Shown here one piece after another: positions 52,583 through 64,000 of a stretch of 64,000 bases of DNA. Below the pieces are notes generated by a model. That model was given only the letters and a program-made list of their open reading frames with translations. It was not told the DNA's origin and did not search any database. Position numbers and translations under genes: made by a program. The stretch covers positions 248,001-312,000 of the forward strand of contig OZ176054.1 in assembly GCA_964247055.1 (NCBI GenBank), given 5' to 3'. Each line of letters starts with the position of its first letter. The stretch's first letter is position 1. This DNA comes from Paragordius varius. Taxonomy: Eukaryota > Animalia > Nematomorpha.

Positions 52583-55500
52583 CCTATGGTAGTTCCATCA
52601 TCACCCCAAATATTTCGGGGATCGGACTGTAAATGTAATTTTTATGAATTTTTTAAATATTTAAAAAATTTATTTTATACGATTTTAAAAATAAAAATGG
52701 CTACCTAAAATCCAAATTTGATAAGGTGATGTCAGTATAATTTTTTTGGGTAGCCCTATGGTAGTTCCATCATCACCCCAAATATTTTGGGGATCGGACT
52801 ATAAATGTAATTTTTATGAATTTTTTAAATATTTAAAAAATTTATTTTATACGATTTTAAAAATAAAAATGGCTACCTAAAATCCAAATTTGATAAGGTG
52901 ATGTCACTATAATTTTTTTGGGTAGCCCTATGGTAGTTCCATCATCACCCCAAATATTTTCGAGATCGGAGTATAAATGTAATTTTTTTGAATTTTTTAA
53001 ATATTTAAAAAATTTATTTTATACGATTTTAAAAATAAAAATGGCTACCTAAAATCCAAATTTGATCAGGTGATGTCGCCATAATTTTTTTTGGGTAGCC
53101 CTATGGTAGTTCCATCATCACCCCAAATATTTTGGGGATCGGACTATAAATGTAATTTTTATGAATTTTTTAAATATTTAAAAAATTTATTTTATACGAT
53201 TTTAAAATTAAAAATGGCTACCTAAAATCCAAATTTGATCAGGTGATGTCACTATAATTTTTTTTGGGTAGCCCTATGGTAGTTCCATCATCACCCCAAA
53301 TATTTTCGAGATCGGACTATAAATGTAATTTTTATGAATTTTTTAAATATTTAAAAAATTTATTTTATACGATTTTAAAAATAAAAATGGCTACCTAAAA
53401 TCCAAATTTGATCAGGTGATGTCGCCATAATTTTTTTTGGGTAGCCCTATGGTAGTTCCATCATCACCCCAAATATTTTGGGGATCGGACTATAAATGTA
53501 ATTTTTATGAATTTTTTAAATATTTAAAAAATTTATTTTATACGATTTTAAAAATAAAAATGGTTACTTAAAATCCAAATTTGATCAGGTGATGTCGCCA
53601 TAATTTTTTTTGGGTAGCCCTATGGTAGTTCCATCATCACCCCAAATATTTTGGGGATCGGACTATAAATGTAATTTTTATGAATTTTTTAAATATTTAA
53701 AAAATTTATTTTATACGATTTTAAAAATAAAAATGGCTACCTAAAATCCAAATTTGATCAGGTGATGTCACTATAATTTTTTTTGGGTAGCCCTATGGTA
53801 GTTCCATCATCACCCCAAATATTTTCGAGATCGGAGTATAAATGTAATTTTTATGAATTTTTTCAATATTTAAAAAATTTATTTTATACGATTTTAAAAA
53901 TAAAAATGGCTACCTAAAATCCAAATTTGATCAGGTGATGTCACCATAATTTTTTTTGGGTAGCCCTATAATAGTTCCATCATCACCCCAAATATTTTCG
54001 AGATCGGAGTATAAATGTAATTTTTTTGAATTTTTTAAATATTTAAAAAATTTATTTTATACGATTTTAAAAATAAAAATGGCTACCTAAAATCCAAATT
54101 TGATCAGGTGATGTCACTATAATTTTTTTTGGGTAGCCCTATGGTAGTTCCATCATCACCCCAAATATTTTCGAGATCGGAGTATAAATGTAATTTTTAT
54201 GAATTTTTTAAATATTTAAAAAATTTATTTTATACGATTTTAAAAATAAAAATGGCTACCTAAAATCCAAATTTGATCAGGTGATGTCACCATAATTTTT
54301 TTTGGGTAGCCCTATGGTAGTTCCATCATCACCCCAAATATTTTCGAGATCGGAATATAAATGTAATTTTTATGAATTTTTTAAATATTTAAAAAATTTA
54401 TTTTATACGATTTTAAAAACACAAATGGCTACCTAAAATCCAAATTTGATCAGGTGATGTCACCATAATTTTTTTTGCGTAGCCCTATGGTAGTTCCATC
54501 ATCACCCCAAATATTTTGGGGATCGGACTATAAATGTAATTTTTATGAATTTTTTAAATATTTAAAAAATTTATTTTATAAGATTTTAAAAATAAAAATG
54601 GCTACCTAAAATCCAAATTTGATCAGGTGATGTCGCCATAATTTTTTTTGGGTAGCCCTATGGTAGTTCCATCATCACCCCAAATATTTTGGGGATCGGA
54701 CTATAAATGTAATTTTTATGAATTTTTTAAATATTTAAAAAATTTATTTTATACGATTTTAAAAATAAAAATGGCTACCTAAAATCCAAATTTGATCAGG
54801 TGATGTCGCCATAATTTTTTTTGGGTAGCCCTATGGTAGTTCCATCATCACCCCAAATATTTCGGGGATCGGACTGTAAATGTAATTTTTATGAATTTTT
54901 TAAATATTTAAAAAATTTATTTTATACGATTTTAAAAATAAAAATGGCTACCTAAAATCCAAATTTGATAAGGTGATGTCAGTATAATTTTTTTGGGTAG
55001 CCCTATGGTAGTTCCATCATCACCCCAAATATTTTGGGGATCGGACTATAAATGTAATTTTTATGAATTTTTTAAATATTTAAAAAATTTATTTTATACG
55101 ATTTTAAAAATAAAAATGGCTACCTAAAATCCAAATTTGATAAGGTGATGTCACTATAATTTTTTTGGGTAGCCCTATGGTAGTTCCATCATCACCCCAA
55201 ATATTTTCGAGATCGGAGTATAAATGTAATTTTTTTGAATTTTTTAAATATTTAAAAAATTTATTTTATACGATTTTAAAAATAAAAATGGCTACCTAAA
55301 ATCCAAATTTGATCAGGTGATGTCGCCATAATTTTTTTTGGGTAGCCCTATGGTAGTTCCATCATCACCCCAAATATTTTGGGGATCGGACTATAAATGT
55401 AATTTTTATGAATTTTTTAAATATTTAAAAAATTTATTTTATACGATTTTAAAATTAAAAATGGCTACCTAAAATCCAAATTTGATCAGGTGATGTCACT

Positions 55501-56200
55501 ATAATTTTTTTTGGGTAGCCCTATGGTAGTTCCATCATCACCCCAAATATTTTCGAGATCGGACTATAAATGTAATTTTTATGAATTTTTTAAATATTTA
55601 AAAAATTTATTTTATACGATTTTAAAAATAAAAATGGCTACCTAAAATCCAAATTTGATCAGGTGATGTCGCCATAATTTTTTTTGGGTAGCCCTATGGT
55701 AGTTCCATCATCACCCCAAATATTTTGGGGATCGGACTATAAATGTAATTTTTATGAATTTTTTAAATATTTAAAAAATTTATTTTATACGATTTTAAAA
55801 ATAAAAATGGTTACTTAAAATCCAAATTTGATCAGGTGATGTCGCCATAATTTTTTTTGGGTAGCCCTATGGTAGTTCCATCATCACCCCAAATATTTTC
55901 GAGATCGGAGTATAAATGTAATTTTTATGAATTTTTTCAATATTTAAAAAATTTATTTTATACGATTTTAAAAATAAAAATGGCTACCTAAAATCCAAAT
56001 TTGATCAGGTGATGTCACCATAATTTTTTTTGGGTAGCCCTATAATAGTTCCATCATCACCCCAAATATTTTCGAGATCGGAGTATAAATGTAATTTTTT
56101 TGAATTTTTTAAATATTTAAAAAATTTATTTTATACGATTTTAAAAATAAAAATGGCTACCTAAAATCCAAATTTGATCAGGTGATGTCACTATAATTTT
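52583..56200. repeat. 13-monomer duplication (2247-bp offset); the second copy lacks one monomer
   Basis: GGACTGTA at 52629/54876 and GGTTACTT at 53564/55811 (2247 bp), then TTCAATATT at 53864/55938 (2074 = 2247-173). Confidence 0.92.
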
Positions 56201-59200
56201 TTTTGGGTAGCCCTATGGTAGTTCCATCATCACCCCAAATATTTTCGAGATCGGAGTATAAATGTAATTTTTATGAATTTTTTAAATATTTAAAAAATTT
56301 ATTTTATACGATTTTAAAAATAAAAATGGCTACCTAAAATCCAAATTTGATCAGGTGATGTCACCATAATTTTTTTTGGGTAGCCCTATGGTAGTTCCAT
56401 CATCACCCCAAATATTTTGGGGATCGGACTATAAATGTAATTTTTATGAATTTTTTAAATATTTAAAAAATTTATTTTATACGATTTTAAAAATAAAAAT
56501 GGCTACCTAAAATCCAAATTTGATCAGGTGATGTCGCCATAATTTTTTTTGGGTAGCCCTATGGTAGTTCCATCATCACCCCAAATATTTTCGAGATCGG
56601 AGTATAAATGTAATTTTTATGAATTTTTTAAATATTTAAAAAATTTATTTTATACGATTTTAAAAATAAAAATGGCTACCTAAAATCCAAATTTGATCAG
56701 GTGATGTCGCCATAATTTTTTTTGGGTAGCCCTATGGTAGTTCCATAATCACCCCAAATATTTTGGGGATCGGACTATAAAGGTAATTTTTATGAATTTT
56801 TTAAATATTTAAAAAATTTATTTTATACGATTTTAAAAATAAAAATGGCTACCTAAAATCCAAATTTGATCAGGTGATGTCGCCATAATTTTTTTTGGGT
56901 AGCCCTATGGTAGTTCCATCATCACCCCAAATATTTTGGGGATCGGACTATAAATGTAATTTTTATGAATTTTTTAAATATTTAAAAAATTTATTTTATA
57001 CGATTTTAAAAATAAAAATGGCTACCTAAAATCCAAATTTGATAAGGTGATGTCAGTATAATTTTTTTGGGTAGCCCTATGGTAGTTCCATCATCACCCC
57101 AAATATTTTCGAGATCGGAGTATAAATGTAATTTTTTTGAATTTTTTAAATATTTAAAAAATTTATTTTATACGATTTTAAAAATAAAAATGGCTACCTA
57201 AAATCCAAATTTGATCAGGTGATGTCGCCATAATTTTTTTTGGGTAGCCCTATGGTAGTTCCATCATCACCCCAAATATTTTCGAGATCGGAGTATAAAT
57301 GTAATTTTTATGAATTTTTTAAATATTTAAAAAATTTATTTTATACGATTTTAAAAATAAAAATGGCTACCTAAAATCCAAATTTGATCAGGTGATGTCA
57401 CTATAATTTTTTTTGGGTAGCCCTATGGTAGTTCCATCATCACCCCAAATATTTTCGAGATCGGACTATAAATGTAATTTTTATGAATTTTTTAAATATT
57501 TAAAAAATTTATTTTATACGATTTTAAAAATAAAAATGGCTACCTAAAATCCAAATTTGATCAGGTGATGTCGCCATAATTTTTTTTGGGTAGCCCTATG
57601 GTAGTTCCATCATCACCCCAAATATTTTGGGGATCGGATATAAATGTAATTTTTATGAATTTTTTAAATATTTAAAAAATTTATTTTATACGATTTTAAA
57701 AATAAAAATGGCTACTTAAAATCCAAATTTGATCAGGTGATGTCGCCATAATTTTTTTTGGGTAGCCCTATGGTAGTTCCATCATCACCCCAAATATTTT
57801 GGGGATCGGACTATAAATGTAATTTTTATGAATTTTTTAAATATTTAAAAAATTTATTTTATACGATTTTAAAAATAAAAATGGCTACCTAAAATCCAAA
57901 TTTGATCAGGTGATGTCACTATAATTTTTTTTGGGTAGCCCTATGGTAGTTCCATCATCACCCCAAATATTTTCGAGATCGGAGTATAAATGTAATTTTT
58001 ATGAATTTTTTCAATATTTAAAAAATTTATTTTATACGATTTTAAAAATAAAAATGGCTACCTAAAATCCAAATTTGATCAGGTGATGTCACCATAATTT
58101 TTTTTGGGTAGCCCTATGGTAGTTCCATCATCACCCCAAATATTTTCGAGATCGGAGTATAAATGTAATTTTTTTGAATTTTTTAAATATTTAAAAAATT
58201 TATTTTATACGATTTTAAAAATAAAAATGGCTACCTAAAATCCAAATTTGATCAGGTGATGTCACCATAATTTTTTTTGGGTAGCCCTATGGTAGTTCCA
58301 TCATCACCCCAAATAGTTTGGGGATCGGACTATAAATGTAATTTTTATGAATTTTTTAAATATTTAAAAAATTTATTTTATACGATTTTAAAAATAAAAA
58401 TGGCTACCTAAAATCCAAATTTGATCAGGTGATGTCGCCATAATTTTTTTTGGGTAGCCCTATGGTAGTTCCATCATCACCCCAAATATTTTGGGGATCG
58501 GACTATAAATGTAATTTATATGAATTTTTTAAATATTTAAAAAATTTATTTTATACGATTTTAAAAATAAAAATGGCTACCTAAAATCCAAATTTGATCA
58601 GGTGATGTCACCATAATTTTTTTTGGGTAGCCCTATGGTAGTTCCATCATCACCCCAAATATTTTCGAGATCGGAGTATAAATGTAATTTTTTTGAATTT
58701 TTTAAATATTTAAAAAATTTATTTTATACGATTTTAAAAATAAAAATGGCTACCTAAAATCCAAATTTGATCAGGTGATGTCACCATAATTTTTTTTGGG
58801 TAGCCCTATGGTAGTTCCATCATCACCCCAAATATTTTCGAGATCGGAGTATAAATGTAATTTTTATGAATTTTTTAAATATTTAAAAAATTTATTTTAT
58901 ACGATTTTAAAAATAAAAATGGCTACCTAAAATCCAAATTTGATCAGGTGATGTCACCATAATTTTTTTTGGGTAGCCCTATGGTAGTTCCATCATCACC
59001 CCAAATATTTTGGGGATCGGACTATAAATGAAATTTTTATGAATTTTTAAAATATTTAAAAAATTTATTTTATACGATTTTAAAAATAAAAATGGCTACC
59101 TAAAATCCAAATTTGATCAGGTGATGTCGCCATAATTTTTTTTGGGTAGCCCTATGGTAGTTCCATCATCACCCCAAATATTTTGGGGATCGGACTATAA

Positions 59201-62200
59201 ATGTAATTTTTATGAATTTTTTAAATATTTAAAAAATTTATTTTATACGATTTTAAAAATAAAAATGGCTACCTAAAATCCAAATTTGATCAGGTGATGT
59301 CGCCATAATTTTTTTTGGGTAGCCCTATGGTAGTTCCATCATCACCCCAAATATTTTGGGGATCGGACTATAAATGTAATTTTTATGAATTTTTTAAATA
59401 TTTAAAAAATTTATTTTATACGATTTTAAAAATAAAAATGGCTACCTAAGATCCAAATTTGATAAGGTGATGTCAGTATAATTTTTTTGGGTAGCCCTAT
59501 GGTAGTTCCATCGTCACCCCAAATATTTTGGGGATCGGACTATAAATGTAATTTTTATGAATTTTTTAAATATTTAAAAAATTTATTTTATACGATTTTA
59601 AAAATAAAAATGGCTACCTAAAATCCAAATTTGATAAGGTGATGTCACTATAATTTTTTTGGGTAGCCCTATGGTAGTTCCATCATCACCCCAAATATTT
59701 TCGAGATCGGAGTATAAATGTAATTTTTTTGAATTTTTTAAATATTTAAAAAATTTATTTTATACGATTTTAAAAATAAAAATGGCTACCTAAAATCCAA
59801 ATTTGATCAGGTGATGTCACTATAATTTTTTTTGGGTAGCCCTATGGTAGTTCCATCATCACCCCAAATATTTTCGAGATCGGAGTATAAATGTAATTTT
59901 TATGAATTTTTTAAATATTTAAAAAATTTATTTTATACGATTTTAAAAATAAAAATGGCTACCTAAAATCCAAATTTGATCAGGTGATGTCACTATAATT
60001 TTTTTTGGGTAGCCCTATGGTAGTTCCATCATCACCCCAAATATTTTCGAGATCGGAGTATAAATGTAATTTTTTTGAATTTTTTAAATATTTAAAAAAT
60101 TTATTTTATACGATTTTAAAAATAAAAATGGCTACCTAAAATCCAAATTTGATCAGGTGATGTCACCATAATTTTTTTTGGGTAGCCCTATGGTAGTTCC
60201 ATCATCACCCCAAATATTTTCGAGATCGGAGTATAAATGTAATTTTTATGAATTTTTTCAATATTTAAAAAATTTATTTTATACGATTTTAAAAATAAAA
60301 ATGGCTACGTAAAATCCACATTTGATAAGGTGATGTCACTATAATTTTTTTGGGTAGCCCTATGGTAGTTCCATCATCACCCCAAATATTTTCGAGATCG
60401 GAGTATAAATGTAATTTTTTTGAATTTTTTAAATATTTAAAAAATTTATTTTATACGATTTTAAAAATAAAAATGGCTACCTAAAATCCAAATTTGATCA
60501 GGTGATGTCACCATAATTTTTTTTGGGTAGCCCTATGGTAGTTCCATCATCACCCCAAATATTTTCGAGATCGGAGTATAAATGTAATTTTTATGAATTT
60601 TTTCAATATTTAAAAAATTTATTTTATACGATTTTAAAAATAAAAATGGCTACCTAAAATCCAAATTTGATCAGGTGATGTCACCATAATTTTTTTTGGG
60701 TAGCCCTATGGTAGTTCCATCATCACCCCAAATATTTTGGGGATCGGACTATAAATGTAATTTTTATGAATTTTTTAAATATTTAAAAAATTTATTTTAT
60801 ACGATTTTAAAAATAAAAATGGCTACCTAAAATCCAAATTTGATCAGGTGATGTCGCCATAATTTTTTTTGGGTAGCCCTATGGTAGTTCCATCATCACC
60901 CCAAATATTTTGGGGATCGGACTATAAATGTAATTTTTATGAATTTTTTAAATATTTAAAAAATTTATTTTATACGATTTTAAAAATAAAAATGGCTACC
61001 TAAAATCCAAATTTGATAAGGTGATGTCACTATAATTTTTTTGGGTAGCCCTATGGTAGTTCCATCATCACCCCAAATATTTTCGAGATCGGAGTATAAA
61101 TGTAATTTATTTGAATTTTTTAAATATTTAAAAAATTTATTTTATACGATTTTAAAAATAAAAATGGCTACCTAAAATCCAAATTTGATCTGGTGATGTC
61201 GCCATAATTTTTTTTGGGTAGCCCTATGGTAGTTCCATCATCACCCCAAATATTTTGGGGATCGGACTATAAATGTAATTTTTATGAATTTTTTAAATAT
61301 TTAAAAAATTTATTTTATACGATTTTAAAAATAAAAATGGCTACCTAAAATCCAAATTTGATCAGGTGATGTCACTATAATTTTTTTTGGGTAGCCCTAT
61401 GGTAGTTCCATCATCACCCCAAATATTTTCGAGATCGGAGTATAAATGTAATTTTTATGAATTTTTTAAATATTTAAAAAATTTATTTTATACGATTTTA
61501 AAAATAAAAATGGCTACCTAAAATCCAAATTTGATCAGGTGATGTCACCATAATTTTTTTTGGGTAGCCCTATGGTAGTTCCATCATCACCACAAATATT
61601 TTGGGGATCGGACTATAAATGTAATTTTTATGAATTTTTTAAATATTTTTAAAATTTATTTTATACGATTTTAAAAATAAAAATGGCTACCTAAAATCCA
61701 AATTTGATCAGGTGATGTCACTATAATTTTTTTTGGGTAGCCCTATGATAGTTCCATCATCACCCCAAATATTTTGGGGATCGGACTATAAATGTAATTT
61801 TTATGAATTTTTTAAATATTTAAAAAATTTATTTTATACGATTTTAAAAATAAAAATGGCTACCTAAAATCCAAATTTGATCAGGTGATGTCACTATAAT
61901 TTTTTTTGGGTAGCCCTATGGTAGTTCCATCATCACCCCAAATATTTTCGAGATCGGAGTATAAATGTAATTTTTATGAATTTTTTAAATATTTAAAAAA
62001 TTTATTTTATACGATTTTAAAAATAAAAATGGCTACCTAAAATCCAAATTTGATAAGGTGATGTCACTATAATTTTTTTGGGTAGCCCTATGGTAGTTCC
62101 ATCATCACCCCAAATATTTTCGAGATCGGAGTATAAATGTAATTTTTTTGAATTTTTTAAATATTTAAAAAATTTATTTTATACGATTTTAAAAATAAAA

Positions 62201-64000
62201 ATGGCTACCTAAAATCCAAATTTGATCAGGTGATGTCACTATAATTTTTTTTGGGTAGCCCTATGGTAGTTCCATCATCACCCCAAATATTTTGGGGATC
62301 GGACTATAAATGTAATTTTTATGAATTTTTTAAATATTTAAAAAATTTATTTTATACGATTTTAAAAATAAAAATGGCTACCTAAAATCCAAATTTGATC
62401 AGGTGATGTCGCCATAATTTTTTTTGAGTAGCCCTATGGTAGTTCCATCATCACCCCAAATATTTTGTTGGGGATCGGACTATAAATGTAATTTTTATGA
62501 ATTTTTTAAATATTTAAAAAATTTATTTTATACGATTTTAAAAATAAAAATGGCTACCTAAAATCCAAATTTGATCAGGTGATGTCACTATAATTTTTTT
62601 TGGGTAGCCCTATGGTAGTTCCATCATCACCCCAAATATTTTTGAGATCGGAGTATAAATGTAATTTTTATGAATTTTTTCAATATTTAAAAAATTTATT
62701 TTATACGATTTTAAAAATAAAAATGGCTACCTAAAATCCAAATTTGATCAAGTGATGTCACCATAATTTTTTTTGGGTAGCCCTATGGTAGTTCCATCAT
62801 CACCCCAAATATTTTCGAGATCGGAGTATAAATGTAATTTTTTTGAATTTTTTAAATATTTAAAAAATTTATTTTATACGATTTTAAAAATAAAAATGGC
62901 TACCTAAAATCCAAATTTGATCAGGTGATGTCGCCATAATTTTTTTTGGGTAGCCCTATGGTAGTTCCATCATCACCCCAAATATTTTGGGGATCGGACT
63001 ATAAATGTAATTTTTATGAATTTTTTAAATATTTAAAAAATTTATTTTATACGATTTTAAAAATAAAAATGGCTACCTAAAATCCAAATTTGATCAGGTG
63101 ATGTCACTATAATTTTTTTTGGGTAGCCCTATGGTAGTTCCATCATCACCCCAAATATTTTCGAGATCGGAGTATAAATGTAATTTTTATGAATTTTTTA
63201 AATATTTAAAAAATTTATTTTATACGATTTTAAAAATAAAAATGGCTACCTAAAATCCAAATTTGATCAGGTGATGTCACCATAATTTTTTTTGGGTAGC
63301 CCTATGGTAGTTCCATCATCACCCCAAATATTTTGGGGATCGGACTATAAATGTAATTTTTATGAATTTTTTAAATATTTTAAAAATTTTATACGATTTT
63401 AAAAATAAAAATGGCTACCTAAAATCCAAATTTGATCAGGTGATGTCACTATAATTTTTTTGGGTAGCCCTATGGTAGTTCCATCATCACCCCAAATATT
63501 TTGGGGATCGGACTATAAATGTAATTTTTATGAATTTTTTAAATATTTATAAAATTTATTTTATACGATTTTAAAAATAAAAATGGCTACCTAAAATCCA
63601 AATTTGATCAGGTGATGTCACTATAATTTTTTTTGGGTAGCCCTATGGTAGTTCCATCATCACCCCAAATATTTTCGAGATCGGAGTATAAATGTAATTT
63701 TTATGAATTTTTTCAATATTTAAAAAATTTATTTTATACGATTTTAAAAATAAAAATGGCTACCTAAAATCCAAATTTGATCAGGTGATGTCACCATAAT
63801 TTTTTTTGGGTAGCCCTATGGTAGTTCCATCATCACCCCAAATATTTTCGAGATCGGACTATAAATGTAATTTTTATAAATTTTTTAAATATTTAAAAAA
63901 TTTATTTTATACGATTTTAAAAATAAAAATGGCTACCTAAAATCCAAATTTGATAAGGTGATGTCACTATAATTTTTTTGGGTAGCCCTATGGTAGTTCC

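Larger units (their letters stand above)
1..64000. repeat. Tandem satellite DNA array, 173-bp monomer, about 370 head-to-tail copies in one orientation
   Basis: CCTATGG recurs at 1, 174, 347 and onward (period 173) to the end of the window. A hand count gives about 372 units. The monomer has 45 G+C of 173 (26%). Monomers differ by a few substitutions or small indels. I saw no non-repeat sequence and no reverse-oriented monomer. Confidence 0.99.

Noticed and set aside
1-64000. CRISPR array or TIGR-like guide array (tandem repeats with box C/D motifs)
   Set aside because: There are no unique or hypervariable spacers, the whole 173 bp is repeated, and no associated protein gene lies in the window.
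1-64000. Protein-coding genes, tRNA, rRNA or transposon ORFs
   Set aside because: The longest ATG-initiated ORF I found is 40 codons. No recognisable RNA gene or non-repeat sequence is present.

Overview
The whole 64 kb is one uninterrupted head-to-tail tandem satellite array. It has about 370 copies of a 173-bp monomer at about 26% GC, all in the same orientation. I found no genes, RNA genes, transposon insertions or CRISPR spacers. Consensus (phase of position 1): CCTATGGTAGTTCCATCATCACCCCAAATATTTT[CGAG/GGGG]ATCGGA[G/C]TATAAATGTAATTTTTATGAATTTTTTAAATATTTAAAAAATTTATTTTATACGATTTTAAAAATAAAAATGGCTACCTAAAATCCAAATTTGATCAGGTGATGTCACCATAATTTTTTTTGGGTAGC. It looks like eukaryotic (peri)centromeric or heterochromatic satellite DNA; I cannot name the species or family. 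The array has four variant domains and many local higher-order repeats and segmental copies (2-, 3-, 4-, 5-, 6-, 9-, 13- and 17-monomer periods, plus long offsets). The most striking observation is inside the monomer. The minus strand can fold into a 69-nt hairpin with box C (GUGAUGA) and box D (CUGA) in exact kink-turn register. Its apical loop is complementary (11/12 nt) to a segment just downstream, an array-wide two-state site can sequester its 5' stem, and the two largest deletions end at its structural boundaries. The motif geometry is seen directly; any RNA function is unproven. All counts and offsets were read by hand and should be recomputed.
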